A stretch of DNA of 44,673 nucleotides, from assembly GCA_964603055.1 (NCBI GenBank), contig CAZRTY010000002.1, positions 1 to 44,673 of the forward strand. The letters are read 5' to 3'. The notes below the pieces were generated by a model. The model searched no databases. It had not been told where the DNA came from and was given only the letters and a program-made list of their open reading frames with translations. Source of the DNA: an uncultured Rhodothermales bacterium (GTDB lineage: Bacteria; Bacteroidota; Rhodothermia; Rhodothermales; CAZKDQ01). The position numbers and the translations under genes are program-made. This document shows positions 36,486-44,673 of the stretch, in pieces; position 1 is the first letter of the stretch; every line of letters begins with the position of its first letter.

Positions 36486-37070
36486 CTATGCGGCGACTTC
36501 AGCTTCCTGATCGGCAGTCGCCCGCTGTACGAACGGCATGCCAAGTCCCTTCAACAGCGCCTGAGCCTCTTCGTCCGTGTTTGCCGTCGTGACAAACGTG
36601 ATGTCGAGACCTGCGATCCGCGACACTTTGTCGACGTCGATCTCAGGAAAGATGATTTGCTCTTGAACACCGAGCGTGTAGTTGCCACGGCCGTCGAAAC
36701 TCCGGTCGGGAATGCCGCGGAAGTCACGCACACGGGGCAGCGCCAATGTCACGAGTCGATCCAGGAACTCATACATCCTGTCTCCTCGCAACGTCACACG
36801 TGCGCCGATCGGCATTCCCTGACGCAGCTTAAAGTTTGAGACGCTCTGCCGGGCGTGGGTAACGGCCGGATGCTGACCGGTGATCATGCGCAGCTCGGCA
36901 ATTGCCTCGTCGAGAAGCTTCTTGTTCTCCGTAGCCTCACCGACGCCGCGGTTGACCGAAATCTTGACGAGACGCGGCACCTGCATAACGTTCGAGTACC
37001 CGAACTGCTTGCGAAGATCGTCTACGACAACGTCGCGGTAATGAGCCTTAAGTCGCGGTATATATGCCAT
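36486..37070 (-). CDS. rplE: 50S ribosomal protein L5
   Basis: 194 aa with [11 protein letters not shown]...NVMQVPRL and GRGNYTLG. Confidence 0.97.
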   Translation of the reverse strand: MAYIPRLKAHYRDVVVDDLRKQFGYSNVMQVPRLVKISVNRGVGEATENKKLLDEAIAELRMITGQHPAVTHARQSVSNFKLRQGMPIGARVTLRGDRMYEFLDRLVTLALPRVRDFRGIPDRSFDGRGNYTLGVQEQIIFPEIDVDKVSRIAGLDITFVTTANTDEEAQALLKGLGMPFVQRATADQEAEVAA

Positions 37071-37179
37071 TGTTGAGCCTAATTCTGTCGTACGCCTGCT
37101 TCGGGCGCCGCGGAACCTGTACAGCCCGTCTTGAATGTGACGTTCTGGTGCCGGTTCCCCTTACATTTATTGTTCACTC

Positions 37180-37536
37180 TCAGGAGTCGAGCTCTTCGCC
37201 GGTGGTCTTGGCATATCGTACCCAGTGACCACGCCCGGAATCCGGATTCTGAATTCTCTTTCTGCCCACCCGCGTGGGGTTGCCTGAAGAGTCCAGTGGC
37301 ATGACGTTCGATGCGTGAATCGGCATCTCCCGCTCAATACGCCCGCCCTGCGGATTGGTCTGACTGGGCCGAGTGTGGCGAACGCGCACGTTGACGCCCT
37401 CGACGATCACGCGCTCGCGCTCGCGAAAAATCCGGAGAACCTTTCCTTCGCTGCCCTTGCTGTTGCCGGCGATCACGCGGACGCGATCACCTTTCTTGAT
37501 GTGCAGCTTCTTCTGCTTATTCTTAGTACGTGGCAT
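37180..37536 (-). CDS. rplX: 50S ribosomal protein L24
   Basis: 118 aa with the KOW motif IKKGDRVRVIAGNSKGSEGKV. Confidence 0.96.
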   Translation of the reverse strand: MPRTKNKQKKLHIKKGDRVRVIAGNSKGSEGKVLRIFRERERVIVEGVNVRVRHTRPSQTNPQGGRIEREMPIHASNVMPLDSSGNPTRVGRKRIQNPDSGRGHWVRYAKTTGEELDS

Positions 37537-37595
37537 GACTCGACTGTCAATGTTGACGGAACGGCCGGCGCTAAAGCGACCGGACTCCGCCGTAA

Positions 37596-37964
37596 TTACA
37601 AGACCTCAGGGGCCAACGATACGATCCGCATATAACGGCGTTCGCGCAGCTCGCGGGCTACCGGGCCGAAGATGCGTGTTCCGCGCGGCTCGTCATTCTG
37701 ATTGAGCAGCACTGCCGCATTCTCATCAAAGCGGATGTACGATCCGTCTTTACGCCGGTACTCTTTACGAGTACGAACTACGACAGCGGTTGACACGTCT
37801 CCCTTCTTTACGCTTCCACCGGGAATTGCCGACTTAACCGATACGACAATCTTATCACCGATGCGCGCGTAGCGGCGTCCACTGCCACCGAGTACACGGA
37901 TACAGAGAACTTCCTTTGCGCCGCTGTTATCCGCGACTGCGAGTCGCGATTCCTGTTGAATCAT
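37596..37964 (-). CDS. rplN: 50S ribosomal protein L14
   Basis: 122 aa: [27 protein letters not shown]. Confidence 0.98.
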   Translation of the reverse strand: MIQQESRLAVADNSGAKEVLCIRVLGGSGRRYARIGDKIVVSVKSAIPGGSVKKGDVSTAVVVRTRKEYRRKDGSYIRFDENAAVLLNQNDEPRGTRIFGPVARELRERRYMRIVSLAPEVL

Positions 37965-38028
37965 CGCTCTATCTCCAGATGATGTATTCCGAGTTCCGTC
38001 CGATGCTTCAGGTAGAAACCCGAAACCA

Positions 38029-38292
38029 TTACTTAGCGCGCTCTATGATCTCGACCAGGCGCCAGCGCTTCGTCTTGCTCAGCGGGCGGGTCTCCATTAC
38101 GCGAACTGTATCACCGACGCCGGCGTCGTTGTTCTCGTCATGAGCCTGGAGCTTAGACGTCCGCTTAATAAACTTGCCGTAGATCGGGTGCTTGATTTGC
38201 CGGCGGATGGCGACCGTAATGGTCTTCTGCATCTTGTCGCTCGTGACGACGCCGACGCGCTCCTTGCGAGCGCTACGTGTAATCTGTTCCAT
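38029..38292 (-). CDS. rpsQ: 30S ribosomal protein S17
   Basis: 87 aa with [14 protein letters not shown] and [27 protein letters not shown]. Confidence 0.97.
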   Translation of the reverse strand: MEQITRSARKERVGVVTSDKMQKTITVAIRRQIKHPIYGKFIKRTSKLQAHDENNDAGVGDTVRVMETRPLSKTKRWRLVEIIERAK

Positions 38293-38370
38293 GTTTCACT
38301 CTTGGCTTGGTGAGCCGTAGTCCGTTTACAGACGCCGAAGCGCCGCCTCACCAACTACCTGAAAATATGC

Positions 38371-38571
38371 TTAGGCGTCGACCGCCTGTTCTTTCTGTTT
38401 GAGAATCGTGCTCAACCGGGCGATGAGACGCCGCTTATCGCGCAGAACCATAGGATTCTGGAGCTGTGCGATAGCATGCTGGAATGAGAGCTGCTGAAGC
38501 TGCTCTTTTTCTTCTGCGATGCGCGTCTTGATCTCATCGACATTGAGATCATGTATTTCTTTGGCTTTCAT
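38371..38571 (-). CDS. rpmC: 50S ribosomal protein L29
   Basis: 66 aa helical protein in the conserved slot between rplP and rpsQ, with the pattern MKAKEI..L...EL...LF.LRFQ. Confidence 0.93.
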   Translation of the reverse strand: MKAKEIHDLNVDEIKTRIAEEKEQLQQLSFQHAIAQLQNPMVLRDKRRLIARLSTILKQKEQAVDA

Positions 38572-38606
38572 AACGAGTTACGGCTGTGTGGCCTCGAAAG
38601 GCGCGT

Positions 38607-39050
38607 TCATCGCTTCGTCTTGACTTCCGTCGGTTTGAAGTCCGGCCGGGTCACAAACTTCGTCTTTACGGGCAGCTTGTGCTGCGCCAGGCGCAGTGAC
38701 TCGCGGGCGAGCTCCTGCGTTACTCCACCGCCTACTTCGAAGAGCATCCGCCCAGGACGGACAACCGCCACCCAGTACTCGGGCGAACCCTTTCCCTTAC
38801 CCATTCGGGTTTCGGCCGGCTTCTTGGTGATCGGCTTATCCGGGAAAATGCGAATCCACACCTTACCGGTACGCTTCATGTTACGGGTCATCGCGATACG
38901 AGCCGCCTCAATCTGACGACTTGTGATCCGCCCCGGCTCAAGCGTCTTAATGCCGAAGTCACCAAAGCTGATTTGCGTACCGCGCTGGGCCACGCCCTTG
39001 ATGCGGCCTTTTTGCATCCGGCGGTACTTGGTACGCTTTGGCATTAACAT
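38607..39050 (-). CDS. rplP: 50S ribosomal protein L16
   Basis: 147 aa: [19 protein letters not shown]. Confidence 0.98.
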   Translation of the reverse strand: MLMPKRTKYRRMQKGRIKGVAQRGTQISFGDFGIKTLEPGRITSRQIEAARIAMTRNMKRTGKVWIRIFPDKPITKKPAETRMGKGKGSPEYWVAVVRPGRMLFEVGGGVTQELARESLRLAQHKLPVKTKFVTRPDFKPTEVKTKR

Positions 39051-39114
39051 AGAATCACCTCTCTACTATTCTATATGATGCGAGCGATGCCCGCGTCATC
39101 TACGGATCCGTGGG

Positions 39115-39879
39115 TCAGGTATTCTGCTGGCCACCTTGCGAGCGACCACCGCCTGCGCGACCGCCTCTGTTACGACGGCGGCGTGCCGGAGGCTGCTGGG
39201 GCTGCTGTTGCTGCTGCTGACGCTGCGCCTGGACGTTCGGACTCAGGTCGGGACGGCCGAGGATCTCTCCGCGGTAAATCCAGACCTTCACACCGAGCGT
39301 ACCGTAGATCGTGAAGGCTGTGGCTTCGGCATAGTCAATGTCGGCGCGGATCGTATGCAGCGGCACGCGTCCTTCGAGATACTGCTCGACGCGGCCCATC
39401 TCAGCGCCGCCCAGACGGCCGGCAACTTTGATACGGATGCCTTCAGCACCCATGCGCATGGCCGCCGTAATCGTCTGCTTCATCGCGCGACGGAACGACA
39501 CACGGCCTTCGAGCTGCTGAGCAACATTCTGCGCAACCAACGACGCATCCAGTTCCGGACGTTTGATCTCGGAGATGTTGATCTGGATGTCCTTGTTCGT
39601 CAGCTTCTTCAGCTCCTCGCGCAGCTTCTCAACTTCCGCTCCTCCACGGCCGATCACGACGCCGGGGCGGCTCGTGTGCAGCGTGAGGATGACTCGCTTG
39701 GGCGTGCGCTCGATGACGACACGGCTTAGACCCGCCCGACGCAGACGCGCGGACAGGTAACGCCGGATCTCTTCATCTTCTACCAGCTTCTCCGGTAGAT
39801 CCTTCTCCGCATACCAGTTCGAATCCCAGCCGCGAATGATGCCGAGTCGAAACCCGATCGGATGTGTTTTCTGACCCAT
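39115..39879 (-). CDS. rpsC: 30S ribosomal protein S3 with Gln-rich / Arg-Gly-rich C-terminal tail
   Basis: 254 aa starting [14 protein letters not shown], with a KH domain. The tail is [38 protein letters not shown]. Confidence 0.97.
   Translation of the reverse strand: MGQKTHPIGFRLGIIRGWDSNWYAEKDLPEKLVEDEEIRRYLSARLRRAGLSRVVIERTPKRVILTLHTSRPGVVIGRGGAEVEKLREELKKLTNKDIQINISEIKRPELDASLVAQNVAQQLEGRVSFRRAMKQTITAAMRMGAEGIRIKVAGRLGGAEMGRVEQYLEGRVPLHTIRADIDYAEATAFTIYGTLGVKVWIYRGEILGRPDLSPNVQAQRQQQQQQPQQPPARRRRNRGGRAGGGRSQGGQQNT
39193..39225 (-). repeat. Imperfect CAG/CAA trinucleotide run encoding the S3 poly-Gln stretch
   Basis: The plus strand reads CTGCTGGGGCTGCTGTTGCTGCTGCTGACGCTG. On the coding strand this is a run of CAG/CAA codons. 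Confidence 0.7.
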
Positions 39880-39962
39880 AACAGTTGTTGGTCCCTTGTG
39901 CCTTCTCGCTTGCCGGTTAAGGCTGTATGCGCGAATCGGCGATAACGGCTCTGATGACTACT

Positions 39963-40319
39963 CTAATTCTCGACTTCGTTCGGCGACGCGACCACTACGG
40001 TGAGGTGGCTCGATCGCTTAATGATCGGCCGAGCGCGCCCACGTGGTCCGGCCTGGAATCGCTTAAAGCGAGGCCCATCGTCAACGCGGATTTCGCGCAC
40101 GATCAACTCGTTCTCGTCGATCCGCTCGTCCTTGAACTTATCCAGCAGGTTGTAGACAGCGCTCTGGATAGTGATCTCGATAGGACGCGTGGCCTTCTGC
40201 GGCAGAAAGTGTAGTGCACTCAGCGCATCGCCGACGCGCTTACCGCGCAGTGCGTTGACCACCGTTCGCATCTTACGAGGCGAACTCCTGATGTGTTTAC
40301 GAACCGCTCTTGCTTCCAT
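39963..40319 (-). CDS. rplV: 50S ribosomal protein L22
   Basis: 118 aa with RSSPRKMRTVVNALRGKRV and the conserved operon position. Confidence 0.96.
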   Translation of the reverse strand: MEARAVRKHIRSSPRKMRTVVNALRGKRVGDALSALHFLPQKATRPIEITIQSAVYNLLDKFKDERIDENELIVREIRVDDGPRFKRFQAGPRGRARPIIKRSSHLTVVVASPNEVEN

Positions 40320-40395
40320 TGCTTATCTCAGATTGACGTCGAAGATCGTCGGTCGGTGGAAGTGATGACCGATCTTCTCGTGCTTGTCCGTTCGA

Positions 40396-40680
40396 TCAAC
40401 GTTTGCCGCGTCGGTCGACTTTCTGGCCGGCGTGCCCGCGGAACGTACGCGTCGGTGCGAATTCGCCCAGCTTGTGCCCGACCATGTTCTCAGTGATATA
40501 TACCGGAATGAACTGCTTTCCGTTATGCACCGCGAACGTGTGGCCAACGAAGTCGGGCGTGATCAGTGAATCACGGCTCCACGTCTTGACCACCTTCTTC
40601 TTGCCAGACTCGTTAAGCTGGTCAACCTTACGCTGCAGCTTGTAGTAGACGTAGGGCCCTTTCTTCAGTGAACGTGCCAT
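40396..40680 (-). CDS. rpsS: 30S ribosomal protein S19
   Basis: 94 aa starting [11 protein letters not shown], with [29 protein letters not shown]. Confidence 0.98.
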   Translation of the reverse strand: MARSLKKGPYVYYKLQRKVDQLNESGKKKVVKTWSRDSLITPDFVGHTFAVHNGKQFIPVYITENMVGHKLGEFAPTRTFRGHAGQKVDRRGKR

Positions 40681-40750
40681 ATTTCTGTTGCTTCTGGCCG
40701 GCGGCTCTGCACCGCGATACCCACCTGGGTATCACGAACAAAACCGAACC

Positions 40751-41575
40751 TTACTTGCCGCGCCGACGAATGATGTACTTGTTAGACTGTTTGTTCTTCT
40801 TGCGAGTGCGGTATCCTTTCGCCGGCACACCACTTGGTGAACGGGGATGGCCACCAGAGGCCTTTCCTTCGCCACCGCCCATCGGGTGATCAACCGGGTT
40901 CATCGCCACACCACGCGTCTTCGGACGAATGCCAAGCCAGCGGCTTCTGCCAGCCTTTCCGAGCTCGATGTTCATGTGCTCGGGATTGCTGGTGGTGCCA
41001 ATCGTCGCCATGCAGTTGGCCGGGACCAAGCGCGTCTCACTCGAAGGAAGCTTCAAGGTGACGTACTTGCCTTCGCGCGCCGTGAGCTGTGCGTACGTTC
41101 CCGCAGAACGGGCCAGCTGAGCGCCCTTACCAGGCTTCATCTCGATGGCGTGAACGAAGGAGCCGACCGGGATGCGCCCAAGCGGCAGGCAGTTGCCCGG
41201 CTCCGGCGGTGCATCGGGTCCGCTAACGACCTTCGCACCAACCTTAAGCTCGTTCGGCGCGATGATGTATCGCTTCTCTCCGTCGGCATAGACAAGCAGC
41301 GCGATCCTTGCCGTCCGGTTCGGATCGTACTCGATCGCAGCAACCCGGGCGGGAACGCCGTGCTTGTTTCGCTTGAAGTCAATGATACGGTAGCGCCGCT
41401 TATGGCCACCACCCTGGTGACGCACCGTAATGCGTCCGTTATTGTTTCGCCCTCCCTTACGGCGCACCGGCGCCAGCAGGTTCTTCTCGGGCTCCGACTT
41501 TGTGATCTCCGCAAAGTTGGCCTGCGAACGCTGTCGCTGACCGGGAGTCGTCGGTTTAAGTTTTTTAATCGCCAT
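40751..41575 (-). CDS. rplB: 50S ribosomal protein L2
   Basis: 274 aa with [14 protein letters not shown] and HPMGGGEG. Confidence 0.98.
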   Translation of the reverse strand: MAIKKLKPTTPGQRQRSQANFAEITKSEPEKNLLAPVRRKGGRNNNGRITVRHQGGGHKRRYRIIDFKRNKHGVPARVAAIEYDPNRTARIALLVYADGEKRYIIAPNELKVGAKVVSGPDAPPEPGNCLPLGRIPVGSFVHAIEMKPGKGAQLARSAGTYAQLTAREGKYVTLKLPSSETRLVPANCMATIGTTSNPEHMNIELGKAGRSRWLGIRPKTRGVAMNPVDHPMGGGEGKASGGHPRSPSGVPAKGYRTRKKNKQSNKYIIRRRGK

Positions 41576-41635
41576 CTCTTATATCGTCTCGGGCTTACCT
41601 GCCGTCTCTCGACGGCTTTGCGCCCGGTGGGAAAA

Positions 41636-41935
41636 TCAGATGTTCTCGAAGAAGTCGATCTGCTCACTACCCTCCTTGAGGGTAACAATGGCTTTCTTGT
41701 ACGACGCCCGCCGCCCTTCGAGCACACCGCGTCGCGTCATCTGGCGCTTGCGCTTACCGCGCACGACGATGGTCCTGACTTCTTTGACCTGCACATCCGG
41801 ATAGCGCTGTTCAATCGCCTTCCGGATCTCAACCTTATTTGCATTGCGATCCACCACAAAGGCGTAATGACCAGCTTCCATCTGCTGACTCATCTTCTCC
41901 GTGACGAACGGGCGGACCAGTATATCTCGTTTCAT
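41636..41935 (-). CDS. rplW: 50S ribosomal protein L23
   Basis: 99 aa with RPFVTEKMS...[19 protein letters not shown]. Confidence 0.96.
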   Translation of the reverse strand: MKRDILVRPFVTEKMSQQMEAGHYAFVVDRNANKVEIRKAIEQRYPDVQVKEVRTIVVRGKRKRQMTRRGVLEGRRASYKKAIVTLKEGSEQIDFFENI

Positions 41936-41980
41936 TGCTCAGTCGGTTTTGGCCTTCGCCAGAATAACGGCGTATATCGA

Positions 41981-42625
41981 TTAGGCGGCGACGGTCGAAG
42001 GGGACAACTGCGTGACAAGTCCTTCCAGTGCACCTTCTTCGATCAGAACGACAGAAGCCTGAATGACATCGAGCGTCGAAACCTCGGATGCGTTCTTCAC
42101 CCGCACCTTCTCAACGTTGCGGCCTGAGCGGTACAGTTCGGGATTGTGACCGTTCGTCAGGAGCAGTACACGAGCACCTTTCAAATCGAGCGCCTTAACA
42201 AGCGACGCAACGGCCTGCGTGCTCGCACGCTCCAGCTTAAACGACTCGATGATGCTTACCTGTCCTTGCTCGGCCTTGCGCGACAGCGCGGACCGGCGAG
42301 CCAGCACCTGTGTCTTGCGGTTAACTTTCAGATCGTACGTACGCGGACGCGGCCCGAAAATCGTACCACCACTGCGGCGAATCGGCGACTTGGCTGATCC
42401 TGCGCGCGCCATACCGGTACCTTTCTGGCGGAACAGCTTGCGCGTACTGCCTGCTACTTCGCTGCGCTCTTTCGCTTTGTGCGTTCCCTGGCGGGCGTTG
42501 GCCTGAATGCGTCGAACGTCGAGCCAGACGGCGTGATCGTTGGGCTCCACACCAAACACCGCTTCATTAAGCGGCACTGTGCGCCCTGCGTCACTTCCAT
42601 CAAGTTGGAATACTTTGGCTTCCAT
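41981..42625 (-). CDS. rplD: 50S ribosomal protein L4
   Basis: 214 aa with RQGTHKAKERSEV.GSTRKLFRQKGTGMAR. Confidence 0.97.
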   Translation of the reverse strand: MEAKVFQLDGSDAGRTVPLNEAVFGVEPNDHAVWLDVRRIQANARQGTHKAKERSEVAGSTRKLFRQKGTGMARAGSAKSPIRRSGGTIFGPRPRTYDLKVNRKTQVLARRSALSRKAEQGQVSIIESFKLERASTQAVASLVKALDLKGARVLLLTNGHNPELYRSGRNVEKVRVKNASEVSTLDVIQASVVLIEEGALEGLVTQLSPSTVAA

Positions 42626-42664
42626 GTCTATCTACGGTCAGTATCGTTCCGAAACCCGGCGCGT

Positions 42665-43300
42665 TCAGGCGGGCTGCTTCTGCTTGTGAATCTCAACGTA
42701 GCCGTTCTTATGCCCCGGGACGGCACCCTGAACGAGGAGCAAGTTCTGATCGGCCAGGATACGCGCAATGCGGAGGTTCTTAACCTTGACGCGCTCATTC
42801 CCCATCTGCCCTGCCATCTTCTTGCCCTTGAAAACCCGGGATGGATCAGAGGCACCGCTAATAGAACCGGGTGCGCGCTTCGTGGCCGACTGGCCGTGCG
42901 AGCGCTTACTACCTCCAAACCCATGGCGCCTTACAACGCCCTGGTACCCTTTACCTTTCGAGGTGCCAACGACGTCGACTCGCTCGCCCTCAGCGAACAA
43001 CTGATCGAGGGTGAGCTCGTCGCCGAGGCTAACCTCAGGCACGTCGCCGCGAAACTCGCGCACTATACGCTTGGGCGATGTGCCTGCAGCCTTGAAATGA
43101 CCCTTGAGCGCCGAGGAGACTCGCTTTTCCTTCTTCTCCTCGAATGCAACCTGAACGGCTTTGTAGCCATCAGGGCCATCGGCATTCTTAATCTGGGTGA
43201 CCACGTTTGGTCCGGCCAGAAGAACCGTACACGGGATGTTGTTACCGGCATCGTCGAAGACGCTGGTCATCCCAATCTTCTTTCCAATAATTCCGCTCAT
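42665..43300 (-). CDS. rplC: 50S ribosomal protein L3
   Basis: 211 aa with MSGIIGKKIGMTSVF and GKGYQGVVRRHGF. Confidence 0.98.
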   Translation of the reverse strand: MSGIIGKKIGMTSVFDDAGNNIPCTVLLAGPNVVTQIKNADGPDGYKAVQVAFEEKKEKRVSSALKGHFKAAGTSPKRIVREFRGDVPEVSLGDELTLDQLFAEGERVDVVGTSKGKGYQGVVRRHGFGGSKRSHGQSATKRAPGSISGASDPSRVFKGKKMAGQMGNERVKVKNLRIARILADQNLLLVQGAVPGHKNGYVEIHKQKQPA

Positions 43301-43385
43301 TGTAATCCTTACTTAGTGGTCGACGAGTAACGCGACCGGATTAAGTTAAGCGATCCGCTGCGCCCGCAGTGTTTGCGGGACTGCC

Positions 43386-43694
43386 TCACACTTTGATCTC
43401 GACGTCGACACCGCTGGGAAGCTCGAGCTTCATCAGGGCATCAACCGTTTTGCTGCTCGTCGACAGGATGTCAATCAGCCGCTTATGCGAACGAGTTTCG
43501 AACTGCTCGCGGCTTTTCTTGTCAACGTGCGGGCTCCGAAGGACCGTGTAAATCGACTTGTTGGTCGGTAACGGAATCGGGCCGCTTACGACCGCGCCTG
43601 TCGACTTGACGGTACGGATGATCTTCTCCGCACTCTTGTCGATCAAACGGTGATCGTACGATTTCAGCTTAATACGAATCTTCTGGCTGGCCAT
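43386..43694 (-). CDS. rpsJ: 30S ribosomal protein S10
   Basis: 102 aa with [14 protein letters not shown] and [14 protein letters not shown]. Confidence 0.98.
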   Translation of the reverse strand: MASQKIRIKLKSYDHRLIDKSAEKIIRTVKSTGAVVSGPIPLPTNKSIYTVLRSPHVDKKSREQFETRSHKRLIDILSTSSKTVDALMKLELPSGVDVEIKV

Positions 43695-43728
43695 TATCTG
43701 CTATCAGCTATGAACCTGCTGCCTGTAG

Positions 43729-43761
43729 ACAGGCCGCCGAATGTTGTATCCGACGGCCTGT
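43729..43761 (-). terminator. Strong hairpin in the tuf-rpsJ spacer (terminator/processing/attenuator candidate, no U-tract)
   Basis: On the minus strand: ACAGGCCGTCGGAT-ACAAC-ATTCGGCGGCCTGT, a 14-bp stem including two G-U pairs with a 5-nt loop, 20 nt after the tuf stop. No U-run follows. Confidence 0.35.
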
Positions 43762-43780
43762 GCTCCGAGGCGAGTGTTCA

Positions 43781-44673
43781 TCAATCAAGAATCTTTGCTA
43801 CAACGCCGGCGCCGACTGTGCGGCCACCTTCGCGGATCGCAAAGCGAAGACCCTGCTCCATTGCCACCGGCTGGATCAGCTTCACTTTGAACGTCGTGTT
43901 GTCGCCAGGCATGATCATCTCAACGCCTTCCGGCAGCTCAATGTCGCCCGTGACGTCCGTCGTGCGGAAGAAGAACTGCGGACGGTAGCCCTTGAAGAAC
44001 GGCGTGTGACGCCCTCCCTCTTCCTTCGACAGCACGTAGACTTCGCACTCAAACTCGCGGTGCGGCGTCACTGAACCCGGCTTACATACGACCATGCCGC
44101 GCTCAGCCGCCTCTTTGTCGATGCCGCGAAGCAGAAGACCTACGTTGTCGCCGGCCTCACCGCGGTCGAGCAGCTTTCTGAACATCTCAACACCCGTGAC
44201 CGTCGAGGTCTGCTTGTCTTCCTGCATACCCACGAGCTCGACGTTGTCGCCAACGTTGATCACGCCGCGCTCCACGCGCCCCGTGACCACCGTGCCGCGG
44301 CCCGTAATCGAGAAGACGTCCTCGATCGGCATCAGGAACGGCTTGTCGGTGTCGCGCTCCGGCGTCGGGATGTAGTCGTCGACGGCCGTCATCAGCTCGA
44401 TCACGCGGTCTTCCCACTCGGTCTCGCCGTTGAGCGCGCCAAGCGCTGAGCCTTTGATGACCGGCGTGTCGTCGCCCGGGAATTCGTAGGCGTCGAGCAG
44501 CTCGCGCACTTCCATCTCGACGAGCTCAAGCAGCTCCTCGTCGTCGACCAGGTCGACTTTGTTCAGGAACACCACGATGTAGGGCACGCCAACCTGGCGG
44601 GCCAGCAGAATGTGCTCACGCGTCTGCGGCATCGGGCCGTCGGTGGCGGCCACCACCAGGATCGCGCCGTCCA
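43781..44673 (-). CDS. tuf: Elongation factor Tu (partial; N-terminus lies beyond window end)
   Basis: The frame stays open to the window edge (..[30 protein letters not shown]...). The EF-Tu C-terminus is ..[17 protein letters not shown]. The internal start in the ORF track is an artefact of truncation. Confidence 0.98.
   Translation of the reverse strand, partial: DGAILVVAATDGPMPQTREHILLARQVGVPYIVVFLNKVDLVDDEELLELVEMEVRELLDAYEFPGDDTPVIKGSALGALNGETEWEDRVIELMTAVDDYIPTPERDTDKPFLMPIEDVFSITGRGTVVTGRVERGVINVGDNVELVGMQEDKQTSTVTGVEMFRKLLDRGEAGDNVGLLLRGIDKEAAERGMVVCKPGSVTPHREFECEVYVLSKEEGGRHTPFFKGYRPQFFFRTTDVTGDIELPEGVEMIMPGDNTTFKVKLIQPVAMEQGLRFAIREGGRTVGAGVVAKILD

Noticed and set aside
36085-37179. 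Relatively long (about 100-110 nt) spacers rpsH-rpsN and rplE-rplX, checked for shared motifs or small ORFs.
   Set aside because: By eye there is no repeated motif between spacers, no ORF with a plausible start and only weak hairpins. They are probably just lineage-typical loose packing with A/U-rich SD-less initiation regions.

Overview
GC-rich bacterial chromosomal window made up almost entirely of core housekeeping genes. The gene content, weak or absent Shine-Dalgarno sequences and a MerC-type N-terminus suggest a Bacteroidota/Rhodothermota-like lineage, but this is inference only. The right 40% (27.4-44.7 kb, minus strand) is the complete tuf / S10 / spc / alpha ribosomal-protein supercluster: tuf-rpsJ-rplCDWB-rpsS-rplV-rpsC-rplP-rpmC-rpsQ-rplNXE-rpsNH-rplFR-rpsE-rpmD-rplO-secY-map-rpmJ-rpsMKD-rpoA-rplQ. 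It ends in a strong intrinsic terminator. infA is missing from its usual map/rpmJ slot and instead sits about 30 kb away, downstream of pyrR-pyrB. The left 27 kb carries: GNAT, infA, pyrB/pyrR, DUF58, M28 and M20 peptidases, DUF2461, NifU-like/Mrp Fe-S genes, Ppx/GppA, prmA, a secreted four-repeat protein of unrecognised family, a membrane-GAF-PP2C / STAS / RsbW-kinase partner-switching module with no sigma factor, ubiE, pfkA, a DUF1460 lipoprotein, aat, a stand-alone biotinyl-domain protein, an SDR epimerase, a small MerC-like + RHH/zinc-ribbon gene pair, an M23 peptidase, def, ruvX, an extended HU/IHF-like protein and relA/spoT. By eye I found no rRNA, tRNA, CRISPR array, transposase, integrase or recognisable defence genes. 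I see no convincing large novel system. The best candidates for something undescribed are (1) the MerC-like/RHH-CxxCxxxH pair with repeated operator-like sites and (2) the four-repeat secreted protein divergent from the orphan partner-switching module. The remaining findings are regulatory or architectural oddities in and around the ribosomal cluster. All family calls come from reading the translations; no database search was run.
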